This document shows, in pieces, positions 1 through 8,838 of a DNA stretch of 64,000 nt. The stretch is from positions 174,089 to 238,088 of the forward strand of contig CAWDUR010000026.1 in NCBI GenBank assembly GCA_963805585.1, in the 5' to 3' direction. The notes beneath the pieces are model-generated. The model was not told where the DNA came from, did not search any database, and saw only the letters and a program-made list of their open reading frames with translations. Origin of the DNA: an uncultured Chloroflexia bacterium (GTDB lineage Bacteria; Chloroflexota; Limnocylindria; Limnocylindrales; CSP1-4). Positions within the stretch are counted from its first letter, which is position 1. The number at the start of each line of letters is the position of its first letter. The translations under genes were made by a program, and so were the position numbers.

Positions 1-577
1 GGTCGCCGTCCCGCGGCTGGCCCACGCTGCCAGGGTTGAGGATGCAGCGCCGATCGTCGAGCGACAGGCGCGCGGCGTCCCCGGCAGCCAGCACCTCGAC
101 GCGGCCGCTGTCGTCGCGGAAGGTCAGCGGGTAGTGCGTGTGCCCGACCAGGCAGTAGGGTGTCTCGAAGGCGGCCAGGTTGAGTCGTGCCGCTGGGATG
201 GAGATGAGGTACTCCCAGAGCGGTTCGCGCGGGCTGCCGTGGACGAGCGTGAAGTCCCCTTCCACGCGGCTGTCCGGCTGGGCCATCAGCCAGGCCCGCG
301 TCGTCGTTGAGATCGCGTCCACGGTCCACTCGACCGCGCTGCGCGCCTGGCCGTTGAAGGTGCCCGTGGGGATGCGGCCCAGGACGGCCGCGTCGTGGTT
401 GCCCTGCACGGCGACCGCCCCGACCTCCCGCAGTCTTGCCACGACCTCGTCCGGATGCGGCCCGTAGCCGACGGTGTCCCCGAGCACCCAGACCTGCTCC
501 ACCTCGCCCACGGCCGCCAGGACGGCCTCCAGGGCGGGGCCGTTGGCGTGGATGTCGGAGAGCACGGCGACGCGCAT
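1..577 (-). CDS. metallophosphoesterase (YfcE/MJ0936-like phosphodiesterase); 3' end cut by window edge
   Basis: rc translation MRVAVLSDIHANGPALEAV..GDTVGYGP..QGNHD..LVHGSP..GHTH..NPGSVGQPRDGD; ATG (cat) at 575-577. Confidence 0.75.
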   Translation of the reverse strand, partial: MRVAVLSDIHANGPALEAVLAAVGEVEQVWVLGDTVGYGPHPDEVVARLREVGAVAVQGNHDAAVLGRIPTGTFNGQARSAVEWTVDAISTTTRAWLMAQPDSRVEGDFTLVHGSPREPLWEYLISIPAARLNLAAFETPYCLVGHTHYPLTFRDDSGRVEVLAAGDAARLSLDDRRCILNPGSVGQPRDGD

Positions 578-698
578 CGGCCGAGCGTAGCAGGGCTCCG
601 GACCGTCGAGTCCTCGAGTCGTCGCAGTGAGCCTGGATGGTCGCTGGCCGGACGGAGCCTCGACGGGCGCTCTCACCAGGGTCGAGGCTCGTGGCCGA

Positions 699-1550
699 TC
701 AGGCCGACCCGGAGCCCTCGGCACGACGCTCCCGCCGGCGACGGATGCCCACCGGACGCGGGTAGCTGGCGGGCGTGGGCCGCTCCTTGGGCACCAGGAC
801 CAGACGGTGGCCGACCAGGCTGGCAGCCCTCACGACGACGACCTCGGGCCGGCCGCCGCCGGTGGCGCGGATGATGGAGCCAGCATCGCGAAGCTCCGCC
901 CGCAAACCGTCGTGTCCGTCCTCGCGTTTCCAGGCCACCACCCAGCCGCCCTCCCGGGTCAGCGGCATGGCCAGCTCCAGCACCTCGGCCAGCGATCCCA
1001 CGGCGCGAGCGGTGACGACGTCCCATGCGCCTCGCTGCTGTGGGTCCTCGGCCAGGTCCTCGGCCCGCTCGGCGAGAGCCTCGATGTGCGGGCTGGGCGT
1101 GGCGGCCGCGGACTCGTGGACAGCGTCTGGCTCCAGGCCCAGCGGGCCCCCCTCGGGTTCGACCAGGGCCCCATGGACTGCCGTCGCAGCCACGGCCAGG
1201 AAGCGGGCCTTCTTGCCGACCGAATCGAGCAGCGCCACGCGGCCCAGCGGGAGTGCCGCGGCCAGCGGCAGCCCTGGATAGCCGGCCCCGCTGCCGACGT
1301 CGAGGAGCGCCGCCCCTGGCCGCGCGATGCGAGCCAGGTGCTCGACCGCGCTGAGGGAATCACAGACGTGGCGCCGGGCGATCTGGGTCGGCTCGCGGAT
1401 GGCCGTCAGGTTGATGGCCGCGCCCCACTCGCGCAGGAGACGGGCGTGGAGCTCGTAGCTGCGGCGAGCCCGCGCCGATCCTGCCGGCTCGGCGGACAGC
1501 CCCAGCTCCTGCAGTCCTGCCTCCAGCGCGCTGCGGAAGGCGTCACCCAT
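699..1550 (-). CDS. rsmG: 16S rRNA (guanine527-N7)-methyltransferase RsmG (GidB)
   Basis: ORF 699..1832(-) contains MGDAFRSALEAGLQELGLS..LLDVGSGAGYPGLPLAAA..LLDSVGKKARFL SAM-MTase motifs; start taken at internal Met (1550) because upstream 94 aa are low-complexity. Confidence 0.8.
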   Translation of the reverse strand: MGDAFRSALEAGLQELGLSAEPAGSARARRSYELHARLLREWGAAINLTAIREPTQIARRHVCDSLSAVEHLARIARPGAALLDVGSGAGYPGLPLAAALPLGRVALLDSVGKKARFLAVAATAVHGALVEPEGGPLGLEPDAVHESAAATPSPHIEALAERAEDLAEDPQQRGAWDVVTARAVGSLAEVLELAMPLTREGGWVVAWKREDGHDGLRAELRDAGSIIRATGGGRPEVVVVRAASLVGHRLVLVPKERPTPASYPRPVGIRRRRERRAEGSGSA

Positions 1551-2177
1551 CGGTGACAGCTCCAGCGCGTCGTGTGGCAGCTCTCGACGCGACGCCCCCC
1601 GTGCGTCCTCGGGGCCACCAGCCGTCCGACCGCGAGTGGCTCGAGCATGCCCATCCGGTCGGCCCTGACCGTCCGAGCGGTCCGCCGGCTCCGGGTCCAC
1701 CCCAGCTGGCTCCTCCGCCTCGTGGTCGGCGCTGTCAGGCACCGCGGACCCCTTTTCGACCCTGCTGCGGACATGGGACTGCGCCGGAAGCGACCCTCCT
1801 CGTGGCCGGCTCGCGGTCGTCGTCGCGAACACGTATCCCGGGCCAAAGCCGCTCCCGGCGCTGGAACGTTCCTCGCACCCTCGGCGTTTCTGTCTTCCGC
1901 CGCCCGGATGATCGTCGCGCGCGGATCTCTCTGCGCATCATCCCGGCCGCGTTACCGTACTCCGCCACTGCACGACACCACGTAGGGCACCGCGTGGTGC
2001 AGGGGCGCGCAGTGTCGGGTGACCGCCAGGGTCGCGTCAAGCCGCTTATCCACCAACCACCGGTGCGCCGAAGCACCGCTGTGGACAACCGGCTCGAGGC
2101 GGTGGACAACCAACCTGGGCATCGCCGCGGCCTGCACCCGTTCCTGCGCGTCGCGCGAGATGGGCCCGCGAAGTCCT

Positions 2178-2537
2178 TCAGGCCTCTGTCGCAACGCGCG
2201 CCGCGCGCCCGGGGCGACCCATGCCGCGTCGTAGCACGTCCATGACCTCGTCGGCGACGGCCTCGCTGTCGCCGGACGTGGCCGCTCGCGAGAGGCAACC
2301 TTGGACGTGGTCCTCCATGACCAGCATGGTCACGGAGTCCACCGCGGCGCGCAGGGCCGCTGTCTGCTGCATGACGTCGAGGCAGGGCTCGTCGCGCTCG
2401 ATCATGCGAGCGATGCCTCGCACCTGCCCCTCCATGCGCGCCAGGCGCCGCAGCAGTTGCACCCGATCGCGCGCGTATGTCCGCGCCTCGTTGGCCACGC
2501 TGCGCCGTCGCCCCATGTTGGCGGGCTGGTCGCTCAT
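2178..2537 (-). CDS. csoR: CsoR/RcnR-family metal-sensing transcriptional repressor (DUF156)
   Basis: MSDQPANMGRRR..LRRLARMEGQVRGIARMIERDEPCLDVMQQTAALRAAVDSV..HVQGCL; GAGGAGG Shine-Dalgarno 7 nt upstream of ATG 2537. Confidence 0.75.
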   Translation of the reverse strand: MSDQPANMGRRRSVANEARTYARDRVQLLRRLARMEGQVRGIARMIERDEPCLDVMQQTAALRAAVDSVTMLVMEDHVQGCLSRAATSGDSEAVADEVMDVLRRGMGRPGRAARVATEA

Positions 2538-2642
2538 GTACCACCACCTCCTCAGATACTCGGGAGGAGTATAGCCATGGTCCCGCCCGAACCCATCCGG
2601 CAGTTCCCTCGCGGGAGGCACACGGACCCGCCCAGGCGAGCA

Positions 2643-3062
2643 TCACGGAGGGCTCGGGCGCTCCGCGAGCAGCTCGAGCAGGCCCCACGTGACGACGGCC
2701 ATGCCAGTGACAGCCAGCCACAGGCCGGGTGCCTCTGCCGGCATGAGCCGACTGCCCTCCGTGCCCAGCAGCCTTGCGGCGGTGCCGACCATGCCCGCCA
2801 TGGCCAGCGACCAGCACGCCAGGTAGGCGATGCGTCGATCCAGTAGTGCCCGGCGATGCCGGGTGGCATAGGGCAGCACGATGAGGGCGAGCATGGCCAC
2901 GCAGGCCACGAAGACCAGCACGCCGGCACCCTCGAAGCCGCTGGCTGTCTCCGCTGAGAGCACGACCCCGCCGACCTTCAGCCACGCCAGGGGCATGCTT
3001 GCGATGGTCACCGCGGCGCCGATGGCGATCAGCCACCGCCCGCGTCCAAGGCCACGCCTCAC
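2643..3062 (-). CDS. hypothetical small membrane protein (3-4 TM)
   Basis: 139-aa ORF, hydrophobic segments; 4-nt overlap with hpt stop, sits immediately upstream of csoR. Confidence 0.5.
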   Translation of the reverse strand: MRRGLGRGRWLIAIGAAVTIASMPLAWLKVGGVVLSAETASGFEGAGVLVFVACVAMLALIVLPYATRHRRALLDRRIAYLACWSLAMAGMVGTAARLLGTEGSRLMPAEAPGLWLAVTGMAVVTWGLLELLAERPSPP

Positions 3063-3616
3063 TCGCCGCCGTAGACCTCCGGGCGAAGCACGCCGATGTA
3101 GGGCAGGTTGCGGTAGATCTCGCCGTAGTCGAGCCCATAGCCGATGACGAAGCGGTCAGGGATCTCGAAGCCGCGATAGGTGATGTCGATGTCCACCAGT
3201 CGGCGGGCCGGCTTGTCCAGGAGCGTGCAGATGGTCAGGCTGGCAGGCTCCTTGCCGCGCAGGTGCTCGGTCACGTAGTGGAGGGTCAGGCCGGTATCGA
3301 TGATGTCCTCCACGATGATGACGTCCTCTCCCTCGATCGAGGAGGAGAGGTCCTTGAGGATGCGCACCTGGCCGGAGGTCTCCGTGGCTCCGCCATACGA
3401 GGAGACCTCCATGAGGTCGATGCGTACCGGCAGTGAGATGGAGCGCATGAGGTCCGCCATGAAGGGCAGGGCACCCTTGAGGACGCTCACCAGGGTCACC
3501 CGGCGGCCCTCGTAGTCATCCGAGATGCGTGCGCCCAGCTCGGTCACCTTGGCCTGAAGGGTCACTCCGTCGATGAGGATCTCGGCGACGTCCTTCTCCA
3601 GTGGCGATGCGGGCAT
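3059..3616 (-). CDS. hpt: hypoxanthine phosphoribosyltransferase
   Basis: 185 aa; PRPP-binding motif VIIVEDIIDTGLTL; ..GLDYGEIYRNLPYIGVL. Confidence 0.85.
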   Translation of the reverse strand: MPASPLEKDVAEILIDGVTLQAKVTELGARISDDYEGRRVTLVSVLKGALPFMADLMRSISLPVRIDLMEVSSYGGATETSGQVRILKDLSSSIEGEDVIIVEDIIDTGLTLHYVTEHLRGKEPASLTICTLLDKPARRLVDIDITYRGFEIPDRFVIGYGLDYGEIYRNLPYIGVLRPEVYGGE

Positions 3617-3649
3617 CCGCGCTACTCCTTCGTGGCTGGGGGCGGGCGA

Positions 3650-4270
3650 TCAGTCGGCGACCGGGCCGCCCGCGCCCGGCAGGCTGCTCTCGAGCGGCTC
3701 AGCCACGCTGGCGAGACCGCCCGGTCCAAAGGCGGCCACGGCAGCCGCGGCGCGCCGCGGCGGCGGCTGGCCGTCGATGCCGATAAGCGACGCGGCCGCG
3801 TCCAGTCGGCCGTACTTGAGCAGCAGTGCCCGGAAGTCGCGCGCGTAGAAGAGCTTGATACGCACCATCGGGTAAAGCTCGCGGAGGTGTCGCAGCTTGC
3901 GGTTCTTCCTGCGCACGAGGCTCTGCCTGAGCGTGGTCAGCTCGACGTGGAGCTCCAGCTCCGGCAGGTAGAAGTCAGGCGCGAAGGACTCCACGACCAC
4001 GCCCTCACTGTTCCAGCGGATGGGGAAGACGTGCGGCTCATATTGCCAGGCGACCTTGTAGTAGTCGAGGATGCGCGCCAGCTCCGCCTCGCTGGCGTGA
4101 GCGAAGCGAGGAGCCTCGCTCAAAGCCGCTGCCCGGAGAATCGGGCGATGAGCTGGTGCACATCGCCCTCGAAGTCGCGCAGTAGAACATGGGCGTCGAT
4201 GACGTCGTCCACGCTCACTGCGGGCAGTGCGGGGGAGGCCAGTGGGCTGGCCAGCGCGTCTGGCGGGCAT
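3650..4270 (-). CDS. hypothetical protein; start uncertain (N-terminal 50 aa Arg-rich, possible TTG start near 4120)
   Basis: ORF with non-repetitive core ..ELARILDYYKVAWQYEPHVFPIRWNSEGVVVESFAPDFYLPELELHVELTT..LRELYPMVRIKLFYARDFRALLLKYG; weak PD-x(n)-E-x-E nuclease-like pattern. Confidence 0.4.
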   Translation of the reverse strand: MPARRAGQPTGLPRTARSERGRRHRRPCSTARLRGRCAPAHRPILRAAALSEAPRFAHASEAELARILDYYKVAWQYEPHVFPIRWNSEGVVVESFAPDFYLPELELHVELTTLRQSLVRRKNRKLRHLRELYPMVRIKLFYARDFRALLLKYGRLDAAASLIGIDGQPPPRRAAAAVAAFGPGGLASVAEPLESSLPGAGGPVAD

Positions 4271-4478
4271 CGCTGCTCGCGGCGTCGACAGCCTCAGCCT
4301 CGAGCTGGACGGTCACGATGGCGACCGCCTGCGAGCCGCAATGCGGGCAGGAGAGGTCCACGAACCAGAGCTCCTCGCGCCGTGCCAGGAGGCGGATGTG
4401 GCCCTCACCGTAGGGCTGGCCGCAGGCCGCGCAGGCGAAGGCGGCCATCTCGCTCGTCAGCCAGCCCTCCGCGTCCAT
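4215..4478 (-). CDS. small C4 zinc-ribbon protein (hypothetical)
   Basis: MDAEGWLTSEMAAFACAACGQPYGEGHIRLLARREELWFVDLSCPHCGSQAVAIVTVQ; CxxC..CxxC; ATG (cat) 4476-4478; overlaps 5' end of 3650..4270 ORF. Confidence 0.35.
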   Translation of the reverse strand: MDAEGWLTSEMAAFACAACGQPYGEGHIRLLARREELWFVDLSCPHCGSQAVAIVTVQLEAEAVDAASSDARQTRWPAHWPPPHCPQ

Positions 4479-4677
4479 GAGGCCCAGTGTAGAGCGAGCG
4501 GACGGCAACCGGCAGCGGGCCGGCCGTGAACTCTGGGGTCGGCGGGCATGTGCCATCGATGCTCCCGGAACGTTCCCCTGGCGCCACCCCAGGGTGTCGA
4601 GCGCGCTTCGCGAGCCCCGCCCGAGCGTGGTATACCGTTGCGACCCATACACACACGAGGAGGGGGACGTTCGTTCG

Positions 4678-5562
4678 ATGGGCACGAACCGGCGAGCCAT
4701 CGCTATCGGCGCTGCTGCGCTGCTCACACTCAGCCTGGCGGCACCGGCTGCCGCACAGGACGCCAGCCCGGCCGCAGGAGACGGAACCGCCGCAGCCGAT
4801 GGACTCCTGGCCCGCGTCCTGGAGGCCGGCGTCATCCGCATGTCGACCGACCCGGCCTATCCGCCGCAGTCATTCCTGGACGTCGACGGCAGCTACAAGG
4901 GTTTCGACATCGACGTCGGGACGGAGATCGCCAGGCGCCTTGGCGTGGAGATCGCGTTCGAGACGCCGGACTTCGCGCTCGTCTCGGCGGGCAGCTGGTC
5001 CGATCGCTGGGACTTCAGCGTGGGCTCGGTGACCATCACCACGCCGCGCCAGGAGGTCCTCGACTTCACGCAGCCCTACTACTACACGCCGGCGCAGTTC
5101 GCCGTGCGTTCCGACAGCGGCTTCGACAGCCTGGACGACCTGGCCGGCAAGACGGTCTGCATGGGTGAGGGCACCACGTACCTCGACTGGTACAACGGCG
5201 AGCTCGACTTCGGCACGGAGACGCCGGACACGGTCCCGCCCGAGGGCTCCGTGGCCACGACGCTGCCGACCGACCGCAACTGCGCCGAGTCCTGGGCGGC
5301 CGGCCGCAATGACTTCGACGGCTGGCTGACCGCCGCGCCCACCGTCCAGCAGGCCATCGCCGAGGGTCTGCCCGTCGTGGCCATCGGCGAGCCGGTCTAT
5401 TTCGAGCCGCTCGCCGCCGCATTCGACAAGAGCGTCGAGGACAACGACTCCCTCGTGGCCGCCATCGACGCCATCATCGGGGAGATGCACGCGGATGGCA
5501 CACTCTCCGAGATGAGCCAGCAGTGGTACGGCATGGACCTCACCACGCCTCCGGCGGAGTAG
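4678..5562 (+). CDS. amino acid ABC transporter substrate-binding protein (family 3 SBP) with signal peptide
   Basis: MGTNRRAIAIGAAALLTLSLAAPAAAQ signal; SBP_bac_3-like body; GAGGAGGGGGA SD upstream of ATG 4678. Confidence 0.8.
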   Translation: MGTNRRAIAIGAAALLTLSLAAPAAAQDASPAAGDGTAAADGLLARVLEAGVIRMSTDPAYPPQSFLDVDGSYKGFDIDVGTEIARRLGVEIAFETPDFALVSAGSWSDRWDFSVGSVTITTPRQEVLDFTQPYYYTPAQFAVRSDSGFDSLDDLAGKTVCMGEGTTYLDWYNGELDFGTETPDTVPPEGSVATTLPTDRNCAESWAAGRNDFDGWLTAAPTVQQAIAEGLPVVAIGEPVYFEPLAAAFDKSVEDNDSLVAAIDAIIGEMHADGTLSEMSQQWYGMDLTTPPAE

Positions 5563-5630
5563 CTCCCGCCACCTGACCCGTGGAGGGGACCACGCGTCCC
5601 CTCCACCTACCCGAGGGCCGCGCCTTGACC

Positions 5631-6476
5631 ATGGCCGCTGACGGACGCGATCCCGGCACCCGGGCCCTCGTCCCGGCGCAGGAGGTCGACGCCATCGTCG
5701 GCCAGATCTCGGCAGCCGATGCCCGCCGCAAGGTGCGTTTCCGGCTTATCTTCGTGGCCACCTGGGTCCTCGTCATCGGTGGCCTGGTGGCCCTCCTGGT
5801 GGCCGGTGGGGCCGTCGACCTGGCGTGGCTGCAGCCGTGGTGGTGGTTCATCCTGGGCGGCGTTCCCATCACGATCTTCATCGCTGTCTCGTCCATCCTC
5901 CTGGCCATCGTCCTGGCACTGCTGGGTGCCATGGGCCGCATCTCGACGGTGGCGCCGGTCTATGCGCTGGCGACGCTCTACGTCTCGCTCGTCCGGGGCA
6001 CGCCGCTCATCGTCCAGATCATCTTCGTGTGGCTGGCGCTGCCGTCGATCTGGCCCGCTGCGTCCGCCATCGACCTCATCTGGCTGGGCATCTTCGCGCT
6101 GGGCTTCAACTACGGTGCCTACATGACGGAGATCTTCCGGGCCGGCATCCAGGCCGTGCCACGCGGCCAGCGCGAGGCCGCCGCCGCCTTGGGCATGACG
6201 CAACGACGCATCATGGCCCGTGTCGTGATGCCGCAGGCCGTGCGCATCGTGACGCCGGCCGTGGGCAACGAGTTCATCGCCATGATCAAGGACACCGCGC
6301 TGGTCTATGTCATCGGCGTGCAGGAGCTCATGTGGCGGGCCAGCACCGTCGGCAAGTCCAAGTTCCACAACTTCGAGACGCTGCTGCTGGCGGCCGCCGT
6401 GTACTGGGTGCTGACGATGATCTTCTCCTACTTCCAGGAGCGCCTGGAGCGGCGCATGGCCCGGAGCGACCGCTGA
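5631..6476 (+). CDS. amino acid ABC transporter permease (His/Gln/Arg family)
   Basis: multi-TM; EAA-like loop ..GAYMTEIFRAGIQAVPRGQREAAAALGMT; alternative GTG start 5580. Confidence 0.8.
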   Translation: MAADGRDPGTRALVPAQEVDAIVGQISAADARRKVRFRLIFVATWVLVIGGLVALLVAGGAVDLAWLQPWWWFILGGVPITIFIAVSSILLAIVLALLGAMGRISTVAPVYALATLYVSLVRGTPLIVQIIFVWLALPSIWPAASAIDLIWLGIFALGFNYGAYMTEIFRAGIQAVPRGQREAAAALGMTQRRIMARVVMPQAVRIVTPAVGNEFIAMIKDTALVYVIGVQELMWRASTVGKSKFHNFETLLLAAAVYWVLTMIFSYFQERLERRMARSDR

Positions 6477-7301
6477 TGGTGGCCCTGGGCGACGTCGTCA
6501 TCGAGGCTACCGGCATCGAGAAGTACTTTGGCTCGACGCACGTCCTGCGCGGCGTCAGCCTGGCCGTACGCCAGCATGAGACGGTCATGCTCATCGGTCG
6601 TTCCGGGTCCGGCAAGACGACGTTCCTGCGCTGCCTCAACTTCCTGGAGGAGCCCACCGTGGGCGAGGTGCGCCTGGGTGACTTGCGCGTCGAGGCGGAC
6701 CCGCTTCAGCGCCAGGGCCGTGCCCGGCGCGCGCAGATCCGCCAGCATCCGCACGCAGATGGGCATGGTCTTCCAGGGTTTCAACCTCTTCCCGCACATG
6801 ACCGTGCTGGAGAACTGCATCGAGGCTCCCATGGCCGTCAGGAAGCTGCCGCGCAAACAGGCCATCGAGACGGCCGAGCGCTTCCTCGAGAAGGTCCAGA
6901 TGATCGACAAGCGCGACGCCTACCCCTCACGACTCTCGGGTGGTCAGCAGCAGCGGGCGGCCATCGCCCGAGCTCTCACCATGGAGCCCAAGGTGATGCT
7001 CTTCGACGAGCCCACCAGCGCCCTGGACCCCGAGCTCATCGGCGAGGTCATCGTGGTCATGGAGCAGCTCGCTCACGAGGGCTCCACGATGATCGTCGTG
7101 TCGCACGAGATGGCCTTCGCGCGGGAGGCAGCTGACCGCGTCCTCTATCTCGAGGGCGGCGTGGTCGTTGAGGAGGGACCGCCGGAGCAGGTCCTCGACG
7201 AGCCACGCCAGGAGGCCACGCGCCAGTTCCTGCGGCGCTTCCTCAGCGAGGGCGCCCGCGCGCCCACGGCGGACGATCCCAACCCCGTGTCACCCTTCTG
7301 A
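6476..7301 (+). pseudogene. amino acid ABC transporter ATP-binding protein (GlnQ/HisP type) with apparent +1 frameshift near 6700-6745
   Basis: Walker A LIGRSGSGKTTFLRCLNFLEEP in frame 2 from ATG 6476 (TGATG overlap with permease stop); Q-loop/signature/Walker B (GMVFQGFNLFPH..LSGGQQQRAAIARAL..MLFDEPTSALDPE) in frame 0 to 7301. Confidence 0.75.
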
Positions 7302-8033
7302 GCCAGGGCCAGCAGGACGATCGATCTCGCCCAGGTAGGAGCGGCGCACGTTCTCATTGGCGGCCAGCCCGGCGGCCGAGTCGGCCAGGACGATACGGCC
7401 CGTCTGCAGCACGTAGCCGCGGTCGGCGATGGCCAGCGCCTGACTGGCGTTCTGCTCCACGAGCATGATGGCGGTCCCGGCGCGATGGATGGCCACGATG
7501 GTCTCGAAGATGAGCTCCACCAGGTTGGGGGCGAGTCCCATCGAGGGTTCGTCCAGGAGCAGGATGCGGGGCGTGGCCATCAGCGCACGACCCATGGCCA
7601 GCATCTGCTGCTCGCCACCGGAGAGGGTGCCGGCCACCTGGCCCGCGCGTTCCTTGAGCCTCGGGAACATGGCGTAGGCGCGCTCGATGCCGGCCTGCAC
7701 GGCCGCCTTGTCGTTCACCGAGTAGGCGCCCATGCGCAGGTTCTCCTCGATGGTCAGGCGGGCGAAGACGCGCCGTCCCTCGGGGACCTGGACGACGCCC
7801 AGTGTCACGACGTCGTGAGAGGGCACCGTGGTGAGGTCCCGACCGTCGAAGGTGACCGACCCGCTGCGCGGGCGCAGCAGCCCGCTGATGGTGTTGAGGG
7901 TGGTCGTCTTGCCGGCGCCGTTGGCGCCGATGAGGGTCACGATCTCACCCTCGTCCACGGTCAGCGACACGCCCCGCAGGGCATGGATGCTGCCGTAGAA
8001 CGTGTTCAGGTCGACGACCTCGAGGAGGGCCAT
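7290..8033 (-). CDS. livF: branched-chain amino acid ABC transporter ATP-binding protein LivF
   Basis: 247 aa; LIGANGAGKTT, LSGGEQQMLAMGRAL, LLLDEPSMGLAP. Confidence 0.85.
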   Translation of the reverse strand: MALLEVVDLNTFYGSIHALRGVSLTVDEGEIVTLIGANGAGKTTTLNTISGLLRPRSGSVTFDGRDLTTVPSHDVVTLGVVQVPEGRRVFARLTIEENLRMGAYSVNDKAAVQAGIERAYAMFPRLKERAGQVAGTLSGGEQQMLAMGRALMATPRILLLDEPSMGLAPNLVELIFETIVAIHRAGTAIMLVEQNASQALAIADRGYVLQTGRIVLADSAAGLAANENVRRSYLGEIDRPAGPGSEG

Positions 8034-8035
8034 GG

Positions 8036-8836
8036 TCAGGCCTCCCCGGCGGCCGCTGCGGCGGCAGCTTCACCGGCGGCCTTGCCCAGGTAGGCCTCGA
8101 TGACTCGCTGGTCGCGCTGGATCTCGGCCGGCGTGCCCTCGGCGATGCGCTGGCCGTAGTCGAGGACGGTGATGCGCTCGGAGATGCCCATCACGACACG
8201 CATCTCGTGCTCGATGAGCAGGATGGTCGTGCCGCGCTCGTCACGTAGCCGCCGGATGAGCGCGGTGGCCTCCGCGGTCTCGTTGGGGTTCATGCCGGCC
8301 GTGGGCTCGTCGAGCAGCAGCAAGCGCGGTCTCGTGGCCATGGCGCGCGCGATCTCCAGGCGGCGCTGGTCGCCGTAGGGCAGGCTGGAGGCCTGGATGT
8401 CGCCCTTGCCGCCGAGCCCCACGAAGGCCAGCAGGTCCTCTGCCTCCTGCACGGCGGCCTTCTCCTCGGCCTGCTGGCCGCGGGTGCGGATGATGGCCCG
8501 GACCCAGCCCGAGACGAGATGCTGGTGGGCGCCCACGAGCACGTTCTCCAGCGCCGTCATGGCCTTGAAGAGGCGGATGTTCTGGTACGTCCGCGAGAGA
8601 CCCAGGTGGGCGATGCGGTCGGGACGCAGCTCGTGGATGGGGATGCCGCCCAGCGTGATGCTGCCCTCGTCGATCTGGTAGAAGCCGGCGATGCAATTGA
8701 AGAAGGTCGTCTTGCCGGCGCCGTTGGGACCGATGACGCTGACGATGGCGCCCTCGTCGAGGCTGAAGTCCAAGGCGTTGACCGCCAACAGGCCACCGAA
8801 GCGCTTGGTGGCGTGGGTGACCTCAAGGAGCGCCAC
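8036..8836 (-). CDS. livG: branched-chain amino acid ABC transporter ATP-binding protein LivG
   Basis: 266 aa; VIGPNGAGKTTFFN, LPYGDQRRLEIARAMA, LLLDEPTAGMNP. Confidence 0.85.
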   Translation of the reverse strand: MALLEVTHATKRFGGLLAVNALDFSLDEGAIVSVIGPNGAGKTTFFNCIAGFYQIDEGSITLGGIPIHELRPDRIAHLGLSRTYQNIRLFKAMTALENVLVGAHQHLVSGWVRAIIRTRGQQAEEKAAVQEAEDLLAFVGLGGKGDIQASSLPYGDQRRLEIARAMATRPRLLLLDEPTAGMNPNETAEATALIRRLRDERGTTILLIEHEMRVVMGISERITVLDYGQRIAEGTPAEIQRDQRVIEAYLGKAAGEAAAAAAAGEA

Positions 8837-8838
8837 GC

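Noticed and set aside
1735-3138. 467-aa minus-strand ORF, Arg/Gly/Ala-rich
   Set aside because: Low-complexity antisense or out-of-frame artefact typical of high-GC DNA. It overlaps the well-supported csoR, membrane-protein and hpt genes and has no recognisable domain.
3632-4480. 282-aa plus-strand ORF
   Set aside because: Arg-rich, no domains. Opposite the better-supported minus-strand ORFs.
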